From the NCBI GenBank assembly GCA_963759175.1, contig CAVWXP010000007.1, forward strand, positions 148,844 to 212,843: DNA of 64,000 bases. Reading direction: 5' to 3'. Both the position numbers and the translations under genes were made by a program. This document shows positions 1 through 9,735 of the stretch, piece after piece; position 1 is the first letter of the stretch, and each line of letters begins with the position of its first letter. A model generated the notes under the pieces. It had not been told where the DNA came from. It did no database searches and saw nothing but the letters and a program-made list of their open reading frames with translations. This stretch comes from an uncultured Acidimicrobiia bacterium. Lineage in GTDB: Bacteria > Actinomycetota > Acidimicrobiia > Spongiisociales > UBA5794.

Positions 1-369
1 GGACTCCTCGGCCGTGGCGACGACCACGGTGCCACCGTCGGATGCCAGCGCATCGGCGACCTGGAGGAGGAGTGTGGACTTGCCGACACCGGGCTCACCA
101 CCGAGGAGGAGCGCGGCCCCGGGCACGATGCCTCCCCCGAGCACCCGATCGAACTCTGCGATTCCGGTCGGTTCCCGGTCGCGGACCGAGGTCGACGACG
201 CAACGGCTTGCACCACGTCGACCGATCGTCCGGCTGCCCGCGCCGCCGGCACGGTCTCGACGAGGGGCTCGCTGGCCCGGCACTGCGGACAGAAACCCAT
301 CCACTTCGCCGCGTGGTGACCACACGTCTGGCACAGGTAGGTGGGTTTTGCGGTTCTGCTACTACCTTT
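1..369 (-). CDS. radA: DNA repair protein RadA/Sms, N-terminal part only; the gene continues past the window start
   Basis: The minus-strand translation starting at the ATG at 367-369 reads MKGSSRTAKPTYLCQTCGHHAAKWMGFCPQCRASEP (C4 zinc ribbon) followed by GGEPGVGKSTLLLQ (Walker A). There is no stop before position 1. Confidence 0.85.
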
Positions 370-586
370 CATGCCAACGACAGTAGACCGTCGGTATGAC
401 ACGTCATGCTCGGTGGATGAGCCACACGGTGAGCCCGATGAGGGCGATCACTATGGCGATGAGCACCACCACGGACATGGGTGTCCAGGGTTCGGCGACC
501 CGTATCGACAACAAGGAAGGCATTCGTGGCACAATACCGCGACGGTGCCGACATGACCTCCTGACGAGGGACGAGGACCACGGCTG

Positions 587-1471
587 ATGGGCGACGACCG
601 GAACGACCAATTCGACGACTTGTTCGAACCCTTCGATCTCCCCGCGTCCGACGCCGGGGAGGAGACATCCGAGATCCCGGCTCCGCCTCCAGCCACACCC
701 GCTTCTCGCGGCGATGTCCCCCACGCCCACGTGACGACCGAGCAGCAGGCCGTCGACTCCGTCAACTGCCCATCGTGCGGCGCCGCCAATCCGTCGTTCA
801 ACCATCACTGCGAGCGGTGCGGCTCACGATTGAGCACCGACCCGATGCCGATCGCCCCCGCACCTGCCGGACGAACCTCTCCGGGTTTCCGGGCCCTCGG
901 TGTGCTGGCCGCCGTCGTACTGGTCGTGGCACTCGTCGCCCTGATGATCAACATCTTCCGCAGCGGCGAACCCGATATCGCCGGCCCCGACACCTCCTCG
1001 ACGTCGTCGACCACGACCCAGCCCGTCATCGTGGCCGAGATCATCCCCACATCTGCCAAGGCGAGCTCCTCGCTCTCGGACGCATTCGGCCCGGAGAACC
1101 TCATCGACGGCGATCCCGAGACCCGCTGGAACGATGCGAGCCTGCGCGGAGTCGATGCGTGGCTCGAGTTCACGTTCGCGACCCCGGTGCAGATCACCGA
1201 GATGGAGTTCCAGAACGTCAGTGATCTGACCAAGTTCCAGCAGAACTACAAGATCCAGGGCTACACCATCGAGGTCAACGACCTCAACGTCCCCATCAGC
1301 GGTCGGTTGGTGAACTCGAACGAACCCCAGCGTGTCCGGATAGCGAGCCTCGAGACCTTCACGTTGAGGGTCGCCGTGTCGACGACCTATCCAGCCGAAC
1401 CCGTGGGTGATGATCCACCGTTCAACGAACTCGCCCTCGAGGACGTGCGGTTCTTCGGCGTCGAGAGGTAG
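587..1471 (+). CDS. membrane-anchored protein: N-terminal double CxxCG zinc ribbon, one TM helix, C-terminal discoidin/F5-8 type C-like domain
   Basis: CPSCG...CERCG motif; hydrophobic stretch ALGVLAAVVLVVALVALMINIF; C-terminal PENLIDGDPETRWN...LEFTF, typical of galactose-binding-like domains. Confidence 0.6.
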   Translation: MGDDRNDQFDDLFEPFDLPASDAGEETSEIPAPPPATPASRGDVPHAHVTTEQQAVDSVNCPSCGAANPSFNHHCERCGSRLSTDPMPIAPAPAGRTSPGFRALGVLAAVVLVVALVALMINIFRSGEPDIAGPDTSSTSSTTTQPVIVAEIIPTSAKASSSLSDAFGPENLIDGDPETRWNDASLRGVDAWLEFTFATPVQITEMEFQNVSDLTKFQQNYKIQGYTIEVNDLNVPISGRLVNSNEPQRVRIASLETFTLRVAVSTTYPAEPVGDDPPFNELALEDVRFFGVER

Positions 1472-1501
1472 ACGCTGAATACCTGTCGGGCGCGGCGCGA
1501 C

Positions 1502-2788
1502 CTAGCCCTTGATGTAGGGTTGCCCGTCTGCGGCAGGCGGCCTCGCCCGACCCACGACTCCGGCCACGACGATGATCGTGACGATGTAGGGCGTCATCGA
1601 GAGGAACTCGGACGGGATCGGCGTACCGAGGATGCCGAGCTTCTGCTGGAGCGCCAAGGCGAAGCCGAAGACGAGCCCCGCACCGAAAACACCGAGCGGC
1701 ATCCAGCGTCCGAAGATCATGGCGGCCAGCCCGATGAACCCGATGCCCGCGGTCAGGTTCTCCTCGAACCGTGACACCTGGGCGAGCGTGAAGAACGCCC
1801 CGCCGAAACCTGCGATCAATCCTCCGAGGATCACGTTGCGATAGCGCGTGCGGTACACATCGATCCCGACCGTATCCGCTGCCTTCGGGTGCTCACCCAC
1901 TGAGCGCGACCGCAGGCCCCACCGCGTGTAGAACAGGCCGAGGTGCAGAACGATCACCAGCAGGAACGTGGCATAGACGAACATGTTGTGGTCGAAGAAC
2001 ATCGGCCCGATCACCGGGATGTCACCGAGGATCGGGATCTTGAATGCCGTGAACCGACCGGGCGAATTGAGGTCCGGCGCCTCCGAGAGCACACGGCGCG
2101 CGAGGAACGACGTGAGGCCCAGGGCGAAGATGTTGATCACCACGCCGGCGATGATCTGGTCGATGCGGAACTTGATCGCAAGGACGGCCAGGACCGCACC
2201 GAGGATCGCGCCAGTCAGCATCGCACCGATCAACCCCGCCCAGATCCCCCACGCGGAGCCGACGATCGTGCCGACGAAGGCCGCCGTGAGCAGCTGGCCC
2301 TCGATGGCGATGTTGATGACGGCCACGCGCTCACACATGAGGCCGGTGAGGGCACCGAGTGTGACGGGAACCGACAACAGCACCGTCGACTTGAGCATGC
2401 CGATGAGGCTGAAGGACTTCCCACTCGCGGCCCAGGTGAGGAACGCGAGGGCGAAGAGCCCCAATCCGATGGCCAGGGCGATGTTGGTCCATCCCAGGTG
2501 CGACTTGCGCAGCACGAGCCCGCCGAGGAAGGCGAGGACGGCCGCCACGAGGAACGCGAGCCATCGGGACGTGACCACCCACGTGATGTCCTCGAATCGT
2601 GCACCGGGGAGGGAGAGGTTGAACGTCGCCTGGGCACCGGCCTCGCTGCCCAGACCGAACGCCCAGAACACGAAGACCCCGAGGAGGATGAGGACGGTGC
2701 CGATGGCCGTGGCACGCCGCTCCTCGGGCGTGGCCCTCACGGCGATGGTGGCGTCCTCGGGTGTGGCCGTCGTGGTCATGAGCCCCAC
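1502..2788 (-). CDS. BMP-family (nucleoside/simple sugar type) ABC transporter permease
   Basis: 428 aa polytopic membrane protein with branched-chain-type permease fold; 13-nt overlap with the upstream permease suggests translational coupling inside an ATPase-permease-permease operon. Confidence 0.85.
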   Translation of the reverse strand: MGLMTTTATPEDATIAVRATPEERRATAIGTVLILLGVFVFWAFGLGSEAGAQATFNLSLPGARFEDITWVVTSRWLAFLVAAVLAFLGGLVLRKSHLGWTNIALAIGLGLFALAFLTWAASGKSFSLIGMLKSTVLLSVPVTLGALTGLMCERVAVINIAIEGQLLTAAFVGTIVGSAWGIWAGLIGAMLTGAILGAVLAVLAIKFRIDQIIAGVVINIFALGLTSFLARRVLSEAPDLNSPGRFTAFKIPILGDIPVIGPMFFDHNMFVYATFLLVIVLHLGLFYTRWGLRSRSVGEHPKAADTVGIDVYRTRYRNVILGGLIAGFGGAFFTLAQVSRFEENLTAGIGFIGLAAMIFGRWMPLGVFGAGLVFGFALALQQKLGILGTPIPSEFLSMTPYIVTIIVVAGVVGRARPPAADGQPYIKG

Positions 2789-3981
2789 CCTGTCGAGATC
2801 GTGGTCTTGACATCGTCATCGGGCGTCTTGATGCGGTAGATCGCACGCACGAGCTCCGGTGCGGCGATCATCACGATGATGAGCGCCTGGAGGACGAGGA
2901 CGAGGTCGACCGGGATGCCGGCTGCACCCTGCATCTCACGTCCCCCGGCCCGCAATGCGCCGAAGAGCAGGCCGGCGAAGAGGACGCCGACGGGGTTCGA
3001 ACGGCCAAGCAGGGCCAGAGCGATGGCGTCGAACCCGATGTTGCCGGCGAAGTTCGAGATCCCCCGATAGGGCTCGAGACCGAGGATCTGGTTCGCTCCG
3101 CCGATCCCTGCGAGTGCGCCGGAGACGGTCATGACCGCTACATAGATGAACGCGACGTTCATCCCTGCGTACTTGGCGCCGGAGGGATTGAATCCCACCG
3201 CCCGGAACTCGAATCCGAGGGTCGAGCGATACATGAGCCACCACACGAACCACACGGCGCCGAGCGCGATGAGGAATCCGATGTTGAGGCGGTAGTCGCC
3301 GAGCGTCGGGAACTGCGCAGACTCGTTGACCTGTTGGGAGATCGGATCGTTGCGGCCCGGCTCCTGGAACAGCGAGGTCTTGAGCAGGTAGTTGACCATG
3401 AACAGCGCGATGAAGTTCAACATGATCGTCGTGATGACCTCGTGGGCACCGGTCTTCGCTTTCAGGAAGCCTGCGATTCCACCCCACAGGCCACCCACGA
3501 CGATGGCAGCGAGCACGGCGAGCGGGATGTGGATGAACATCGGGAGGGTGAGGCTGAAGCCGATCCACAACGCTGCCATGCCGCCCATGTGCATCTGGCC
3601 GTTCGCGCCGATGTTGAACAAGCCGGCCTGGAAGCCCACCGCAACGGCGAGGCCGGCGAAGATCAAGGGGGTGGCGGCGAACAGCGACTCGGTGATCGCC
3701 CGGGGCGAGCCGACCGAGCCGACAAAGAGCGCCTTGTACGCATCGACGATGCCCGCGATCGTCAGCCGGAAGGCCTCGGCCGGGTCGCTGCCCCAGACGC
3801 TCAGCGTGTCGACATCCGTGATGGCGATGATGATCCCGCCGATGATCAGGGCGGTGAGCACGGCGAGGGCCGGGACGAGGATGGCATCCTTGACCGAGCT
3901 GCCGACACCCGTGACACGCCGATACCAATCCGGGTAACCCTTGTCGCCCCAGCCGTCCCCGGGAGATGGGGCATCGCTCAT
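2776..3981 (-). CDS. BMP-family ABC transporter permease (first permease)
   Basis: 401 aa polytopic membrane protein; 4-nt overlap with the ATPase gene. Confidence 0.85.
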   Translation of the reverse strand: MSDAPSPGDGWGDKGYPDWYRRVTGVGSSVKDAILVPALAVLTALIIGGIIIAITDVDTLSVWGSDPAEAFRLTIAGIVDAYKALFVGSVGSPRAITESLFAATPLIFAGLAVAVGFQAGLFNIGANGQMHMGGMAALWIGFSLTLPMFIHIPLAVLAAIVVGGLWGGIAGFLKAKTGAHEVITTIMLNFIALFMVNYLLKTSLFQEPGRNDPISQQVNESAQFPTLGDYRLNIGFLIALGAVWFVWWLMYRSTLGFEFRAVGFNPSGAKYAGMNVAFIYVAVMTVSGALAGIGGANQILGLEPYRGISNFAGNIGFDAIALALLGRSNPVGVLFAGLLFGALRAGGREMQGAAGIPVDLVLVLQALIIVMIAAPELVRAIYRIKTPDDDVKTTISTGWGS

Positions 3982-5489
3982 GACGCCTCCTCTTCACTGC
4001 CGAGCATCGCCAGGCCGATCTCGGTGGTGGAAGCCGAACCATCGAACTCGCCGGCGATGCGACCCTCGTACATGACGAGTATTCGATCGGAGAGCGCGGT
4101 GATCTCGTCCAGCTCTGAGGACACGATCAGCACGGCCGATCCCTGGTCCCGTTCCTCGACGATGCGCGAATGGATGTACTCGATCGACCCGACATCGATG
4201 CCTCGGGTCGGCTGCGAGGCGATCACCAGGGCCACGTCCCGATCGAACTCACGGGCGACGATCACCTTCTGCTGATTGCCACCCGAGAGGGTCGAGACGA
4301 GGACCTCCGTACTCGGCGTTCGCACGTCGTACTGCTCGACGAGCCGTTCGGCGCGCTCGCGGGCCGCGCCCCAGTCGAGGCGGACGCCCCGTGAGATCGG
4401 TTCGTGGTGATACGAGTCGAGGATGATGTTCTCGGTGACGGTGAACGGGAGGACCAACCCGGACGCCTGGCGGTCCTCGGGCACGTGGGCGACCGCTCGC
4501 TTGTGGATCGCCCTCGGGGACTCCGTGGTGATGTCCTCACCGGCGAGCCTCACGATGCCACCGATGGACGGTCTGAGGCCGGTGAGCGACTCGACGAGTT
4601 CCGTCTGCCCGTTGCCCTGGACCCCGGCGATGCCGACGATCTCGCCACTTCGTACCTGGAACGAAACCCCGTCGACCGAACGGTGGTTCCGATCGTCGAG
4701 GACCGTCAATCCCTCCACGGACAGGACCACCTCTCCGGGGTCAGCGACCTCACGTTGGACAACGAGGTCCACGGGCCGTCCGACCATGAGTTCCGCGAGC
4801 TGCGTCTCGTCGACATCCGATGGCAGGACCTCGGCGACGGTCTTGCCCCTGCGCATGATGACGATCCGGTCGGCGATCTCGAGCGCCTCGCCGAGTTTGT
4901 GGCTGATGAAGATGATGCCCTTGCCGTCGGCCTTCAGCCCCTCGACGATCTTGAAGAACCCCTCGACCTCGGTGGGCGTGAGGACCGACGTGGGCTCGTC
5001 GAAGACGACATACTGCGCTTCGCGCTCGAGGACCTTGATGATCTCCACGCGCTGCTGGATGCCGACGGGGAGGTCCTCGATGATGGCATCGGGGTCCACA
5101 TCGAGGTTGTACCGGCTAGAGATCTCCTTGACCTTCGACCGGGCACGACGCTTGTCGAGCCAACCGATGCGCTTGGTCGGTTCGTCGCCGAGGATCACGT
5201 TCTCGGCCACGCTGAACACCGGGACGAGCATGAAGTGCTGGTGCACCATCCCGATGCCTGCGTCGATCGCATCGCTCGGTGACTGGAGGTCGAGCGGTTC
5301 GCCGTCGACCAATACCTCGCCGGCCGTAGGGCGATAGAGGCCGTAGAGGATGTTCATCAGCGTTGTCTTGCCGGCGCCGTTCTCGCCGAGGAGGGCGACC
5401 GTCTCGCCCTCGGACACGCTCAGGTTGACATCATCGTTGGCGAGGACACCGGGAAACTGCTTCGTGATGCCGCGCAATTCCAGTGCCAC
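3978..5489 (-). CDS. ABC transporter ATP-binding protein with two fused ATPase domains (nucleoside/sugar type)
   Basis: Two Walker A motifs (GENGAGKTTL and a second P-loop), LSGG signature and Walker B; the 503 aa length fits a duplicated cassette. Confidence 0.9.
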   Translation of the reverse strand: MALELRGITKQFPGVLANDDVNLSVSEGETVALLGENGAGKTTLMNILYGLYRPTAGEVLVDGEPLDLQSPSDAIDAGIGMVHQHFMLVPVFSVAENVILGDEPTKRIGWLDKRRARSKVKEISSRYNLDVDPDAIIEDLPVGIQQRVEIIKVLEREAQYVVFDEPTSVLTPTEVEGFFKIVEGLKADGKGIIFISHKLGEALEIADRIVIMRRGKTVAEVLPSDVDETQLAELMVGRPVDLVVQREVADPGEVVLSVEGLTVLDDRNHRSVDGVSFQVRSGEIVGIAGVQGNGQTELVESLTGLRPSIGGIVRLAGEDITTESPRAIHKRAVAHVPEDRQASGLVLPFTVTENIILDSYHHEPISRGVRLDWGAARERAERLVEQYDVRTPSTEVLVSTLSGGNQQKVIVAREFDRDVALVIASQPTRGIDVGSIEYIHSRIVEERDQGSAVLIVSSELDEITALSDRILVMYEGRIAGEFDGSASTTEIGLAMLGSEEEAS

Positions 5490-5626
5490 GTCTGCCTCCG
5501 TGCGGATGTCCTAAGGGCACATTAGATGGCTGGCGGGCGCCACGCCCACCGTACGCCGAAGGGCCCCCTCCGAGGAGGGGGCCCTTCGCGCTTTGAACGT
5601 CGCCTGATCGGAATCAGGCAGATCGA

Positions 5627-6829
5627 TCAGTATCCGACAGGTGTGTAGTCGGCCTTGATGACGCCCGCCTTGATGTCGGCCAGCAGCTGCTGGACCTCGG
5701 CATCGAGCTCGGGGGAAACGCGGTCGGCCCAGTCGTGGTACGGGGCGAGCCCCACACCGTCGTTCTGGAGGTTGCCGACGTATGCGCCAGGTGTCCACAT
5801 GCCCTCGGCCTGCTCCTTGACGCTCAGGGTCACGAGACCGGTGAGGTCCTTGAGCACGGTCGTCAGCCACAGCGACGAGTACTGGTCCGGCATGGCTTCG
5901 AACGCATCCGCGTCGACGCCGACGAGTGCGGCATTGAGGCCGGTGTCGTTGATGACGTCGCCAGCGGGCAGGTTGATCGCACCACCCACGGGGATGATGA
6001 CATCGCAGTTCTCCTGGAACAGGCTCTCCGCCGTGCTCCGGGCCAGGTTCATGTCGGTGAAGCTACCCGTGAAGAGGCCGTCGGCCGCTTCGGGGTCCCA
6101 ACCGAGGACCGAGACGCTTTCGCCCTTGACCTCGTTGTAGTGGAACGCGCCCCTCGTGAAGCCATCCATGAAGATCGCCACGGTCGGGAAGTTCGCACCA
6201 CCGTACGTGCACAGCACACCGGTCTCGGAAACGCCTGCGGCGAGATAGCCAGCGGCGAATGCGGCCTGGTCGGTCTGGTAGACGAGCTCACGCACGTTCG
6301 GCAGTGCCAAAGGAGCGAAGTTCTCATCGGTGAGGACGTTGTCGACCATGGTCCATGTGATGTCGGGATACGCCTGGGCGTTGATCGCCGTGACCTCGCC
6401 GAGGGCGAAGCCGACCGTCACGATGTGCTCACAGCCCTGGCTGACCATCTGGTCGATGTTGGGCTGCCAGTCGGAGGCATCCGTCGACTCCAGGAAGAAG
6501 GAGTCCTCCGTTGCGTAGCCGAGCTCGACCGCCGCCTGGACGCCTGCCCATGAGCCAGCGTTGAAGCTGCGGTCGTCGACGCCTGCGAGGTCGGTCACGA
6601 GACAGGTCTTGACGGCTTCGCCGGTGAAGGCTGGTGCGGTCGTGGTCGTCTCTGCTTCGGTCGTCGTCGTCGTCTCGCCGGCTGCCGTTGTGGTCGTTTC
6701 ACCGGCTTCCGTCGTCGTTGTCTCTTCTGTTCCTCCATCGCCGTCGTCGCTGCTACAAGCGGCAACGACGAGTGCGAATGCGAGCAACAGTACGAGGATG
6801 GCTCCCCGCCTCTTCAGCCCTGAGCGCAT
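5627..6829 (-). CDS. BMP-family (PnrA/Med-like) substrate-binding lipoprotein with a Thr/Glu-rich tandem-repeat linker
   Basis: Signal peptide plus lipobox LVVAAC; ETTTT(A/E)AG repeats follow the Cys; periplasmic binding fold; first gene of the transporter operon. Confidence 0.85.
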   Translation of the reverse strand: MRSGLKRRGAILVLLLAFALVVAACSSDDGDGGTEETTTTEAGETTTTAAGETTTTTEAETTTTAPAFTGEAVKTCLVTDLAGVDDRSFNAGSWAGVQAAVELGYATEDSFFLESTDASDWQPNIDQMVSQGCEHIVTVGFALGEVTAINAQAYPDITWTMVDNVLTDENFAPLALPNVRELVYQTDQAAFAAGYLAAGVSETGVLCTYGGANFPTVAIFMDGFTRGAFHYNEVKGESVSVLGWDPEAADGLFTGSFTDMNLARSTAESLFQENCDVIIPVGGAINLPAGDVINDTGLNAALVGVDADAFEAMPDQYSSLWLTTVLKDLTGLVTLSVKEQAEGMWTPGAYVGNLQNDGVGLAPYHDWADRVSPELDAEVQQLLADIKAGVIKADYTPVGY

Positions 6830-6984
6830 GATTGCACCCTTTCGTTCGTCGTAAATCGTGAACTCCCCACCCAGATCTCCGGGGGAGCAACAGAAGTGTA
6901 TACGAGAACACCGTCGAATCGCCGCTGGCCGAGGGATGCGATCGGGTGCCTCAGGTGCCCGAAACGAGGTGCTCTGGAGACAGT

Positions 6985-7009
6985 GATGCCCCGCCGTGGG
7001 CGGGGCATC
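6985..7009 (-). terminator. GC-rich hairpin right after clpC, a likely intrinsic terminator that may act in both directions
   Basis: Perfect inverted repeat GATGCCCCGCC-gtgg-GGCGGGGCATC 6 nt past the clpC stop codon; no clear U-tract, which is common in high-GC genomes. Confidence 0.5.
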
Positions 7010-7014
7010 ATCGG

Positions 7015-9516
7015 TCAGTTCTCTGCCAGTTCCACCGGTGGTTGGTCCGGTGTCTCGACGGCTTCGAAGGCGAGGGATTCCGGATCCTCGGTGTCGACGG
7101 TGACGAGGATGGTGCTCCCGGCCGGGAACTCCTTGAAGAGCACCTTCTCGGACAGGGGATCCTCGAGGAGGCGCTGGATCGCACGTCGCAGCGGCCTCGC
7201 CCCGAGCTGGGGATCGTACCCCTTGCGCCCGAGGAGCTCCTTGGCGTCGTCGGTCATGACGAGATCGAGCGCTTGTGATTCCAACTGGTCGCGGACCCTG
7301 GTGAGGAGCAGATCGACGATCTGTTTCACCTCGTCCATCGTCAGTTCGTGGAACACGATGACCTCGTCGATGCGGTTGAGGAACTCGGGACGGAAGTGCG
7401 TCTTGAGCGCCTCCATCACCTTGTTGCGCATCTTGTCGTAGTTGAGCTCGTCGCTCGTGTCCGAGAAGCCGATGTTCGCCTTGCGGAGGTCGGCCGTCCC
7501 GAGGTTCGAGGTCATGATGATCACGGTGTTCTTGAAGTCCACCGTCCGACCCTGCGAGTCGGTCAGGCGACCGTCCTCGAGGATCTGGAGGAGGATGTTG
7601 AAGACGTCGGGATGGGCCTTCTCGATCTCGTCGAACAGCACCACCGAGAACGGCTTGCGTCGCACGGCCTCGGTGAGTTGGCCACCCTCGTCGTATCCGA
7701 CGTAGCCGGGAGGAGACCCCACGAGGCGGCTGACCGCATGCTTCTCCATGTACTCGGACATGTCGATCTGGATGAGCGCCGACTCGTCACCGAACAGGAA
7801 CGAGGTGAGCGTCTTGGCGGTCTCGGTCTTGCCCACACCGGACGGCCCGAGGAAGATGAACGAACCCGACGGTCGCTTCGGGTCCTTGAGACCCGCACGC
7901 GTCCTGCGGATGGCCTTCGACACGGCGGTGATGCCGTCCTGCTGGCCGATGATCCGCTTGTGGAGCTCGTCCTCCATGTTGAGGAGCTTCTCGGTCTCCT
8001 CCTCGGTGAGGCGATGCACGGGGATCCCCGTCCACTGGGCGAGCACCTCGGCGATCTCTTCCTCGTCGATCGTGGCCTTGAAGGTCTGGTTCTCCGCCGT
8101 CGAATGGGCTTCGGCATCGGAGCGCTGCTCCATCAGTTCCCGCTCGCGATCGCGCAGTTGGGCTGCACGCTCGTACTGCTGCGCATTGACGGCTTCCCGC
8201 TTGTCCGTGCGGAGCTTGCCGATCTGCTCATCGATCTGCTTCACCTCGTCGGGCAGGTTGGATCGCCGCAGGCGCATCCGGCTCCCTGCCTCGTCGAGCA
8301 GGTCGATCGCCTTGTCCGGGAGGAACCGATCAGCGATGTAGCGGTCAGCGAGGTTCGCCGCATTGACGAGTGCCTGCTCCGTGAACTCCACCTTGTGGTG
8401 CTCCTCGTAGGACTCGCGGAGGCCCTCGAGGATCCTGATCGTATCCGCCACGGACGGCTCGTCGACCTGGATCGGCTGGAAACGTCGCTCGAGCGCCGAG
8501 TCCTTCTCGAGGTACTTGCGATACTCCTCGAGCGTGGTGGCGCCGATCGTCTGGAGCTCACCCCTGGCGAGCATCGGCTTCAGGATGCTCGCGGCGTCGA
8601 TGGCTCCCTCTGCGGCGCCTGCTCCCACGAGCGTGTGGATCTCATCGATGAACAGGACGATGTCCCCACGGGTCCGGATCTCCTTGAGGACCTTCTTGAG
8701 GCGCTCCTCGAAATCACCGCGGTACCGCGAACCGGCGACGAGGGCGCCGAGGTCGAGGGTGTAGATGTGCTTGTCGGTGAGCGTGTCTGGCACCGTGCCG
8801 TCGACGATCTGCTGGGCGAGGCCCTCGACGATCGCCGTCTTCCCGACCCCTGGCTCCCCGATCAACACGGGGTTGTTCTTCGACCGACGCGACAGCACCT
8901 GCATGACGCGTTCGATCTCCTTGGCACGGCCGATGACCGGGTCCAACGTCTGTTCGCGTGCGAGCTGGGTGAGGTTGCGCCCGAACTGGTCGAGGACGGC
9001 CGATCCCGACGAGCTGGCCTCGCCGCGCGAGCTCGACGATCCGGAACCCTGGGACGATGACGAGCCGGAGTCGTCTCCCTGGACGCCGCTGAGGAGCTGG
9101 ATGACGGTCTGGCGTACCTTGGTCAGCTCTGCTCCGAGCTTGACGAGGACCTGGGCTGCGACGCCTTCACCCTCGCGGATGAGCCCAAGGAGGATGTGCT
9201 CGGTGCCGATGTAGTTGTGACCGAGCTGGAGCGCTTCGCGCAAGGAGAGCTCGAGGACCTTCTTGGCACGCGGGGTGAACGGGATGTGGCCGCTGGGGGC
9301 CTGCGATCCCTGACCGATGATCTCGACGACCTGGCTGCGCACCGACTCGAGGCTGATATCCATGCCCTCGAGGGCACGTGCGGCCACACCCTCACCCTCG
9401 TGGATGAGGCCGAGGAGGATGTGCTCCGTACCGATGTAGTTGTGGTTGAGGAGGCGCGCTTCTTCCTGGGCAAGGACAACCACTCTGCGGGCTCTGTCTG
9501 TAAAACGTTCGAACAA
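7015..9516 (-). CDS. clpC: ATP-dependent Clp protease ATP-binding subunit ClpC (ClpC1 type)
   Basis: 833 aa; N-terminus [37 protein letters not shown] duplicated as a Clp_N repeat; two AAA+ modules; UVR-like linker; TTG start. Confidence 0.95.
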   Translation of the reverse strand: MFERFTDRARRVVVLAQEEARLLNHNYIGTEHILLGLIHEGEGVAARALEGMDISLESVRSQVVEIIGQGSQAPSGHIPFTPRAKKVLELSLREALQLGHNYIGTEHILLGLIREGEGVAAQVLVKLGAELTKVRQTVIQLLSGVQGDDSGSSSSQGSGSSSSRGEASSSGSAVLDQFGRNLTQLAREQTLDPVIGRAKEIERVMQVLSRRSKNNPVLIGEPGVGKTAIVEGLAQQIVDGTVPDTLTDKHIYTLDLGALVAGSRYRGDFEERLKKVLKEIRTRGDIVLFIDEIHTLVGAGAAEGAIDAASILKPMLARGELQTIGATTLEEYRKYLEKDSALERRFQPIQVDEPSVADTIRILEGLRESYEEHHKVEFTEQALVNAANLADRYIADRFLPDKAIDLLDEAGSRMRLRRSNLPDEVKQIDEQIGKLRTDKREAVNAQQYERAAQLRDRERELMEQRSDAEAHSTAENQTFKATIDEEEIAEVLAQWTGIPVHRLTEEETEKLLNMEDELHKRIIGQQDGITAVSKAIRRTRAGLKDPKRPSGSFIFLGPSGVGKTETAKTLTSFLFGDESALIQIDMSEYMEKHAVSRLVGSPPGYVGYDEGGQLTEAVRRKPFSVVLFDEIEKAHPDVFNILLQILEDGRLTDSQGRTVDFKNTVIIMTSNLGTADLRKANIGFSDTSDELNYDKMRNKVMEALKTHFRPEFLNRIDEVIVFHELTMDEVKQIVDLLLTRVRDQLESQALDLVMTDDAKELLGRKGYDPQLGARPLRRAIQRLLEDPLSEKVLFKEFPAGSTILVTVDTEDPESLAFEAVETPDQPPVELAEN

Positions 9517-9574
9517 CGTTCGTCACCCCTTATACATGTTTGGCGCTCCGTCTCCGGGCGCCTCGCGGAGTATA

Positions 9575-9610
9575 GGTACCGGGACCCGGTACCCCGGGGA
9601 ACGTCCCCGG
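9575..9610. promoter_or_regulatory. two adjacent perfect palindromes in the divergent clpC/idsA intergenic region
   Basis: GGTACCGGG-A-CCCGGTACC is directly followed by CCGGGGA-acg-TCCCCGG. A direct repeat AACGTTCG-AAC-AACGTTCG also overlaps the clpC start codon (about 9503-9521). Confidence 0.3.
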
Positions 9611-9735
9611 CCGATCCAGCACGGCTCACTACTCAGAACCTGCGCTGTACCATCATCATTCCTTCGTTGGAGAGCACCGCTGTGGATCGCCCGATCTTCC
9701 AAGACCTCGTCCCCATACCCCGTGTGTGGGACCGC

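Noticed and set aside
341-556. The His-rich plus-strand ORF (HHHGHG) between radA and the zinc-ribbon gene.
   Set aside because: It has no start context or domain signature, and it overlaps the more plausible minus-strand micro-ORF. It is probably noise.
1943-2839. Long plus-strand ORFs antisense to the ABC permease genes, and similar long antisense or extension ORFs elsewhere (7348..9060 +, 10179..11528 -, 26396..28498 +, 28479..30320 +, 58187..59257 +, the Arg-rich N-terminal extensions of 21205..23460, 28907..30700, 47197..48594 and 56999..59578).
   Set aside because: Their composition is Arg/Pro/Gly/Asp-rich with no motifs. They are the expected open antisense frames of a roughly 70% GC genome, and the sense strand carries clear, motif-bearing genes.
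9196-9735. The 180-codon N-terminal extension of the polyprenyl synthase ORF, which overlaps clpC.
   Set aside because: It overlaps the clpC coding region on the opposite strand and has no polyprenyl synthase homology. The real start is the ATG at 9736 or the GTG at 9682.
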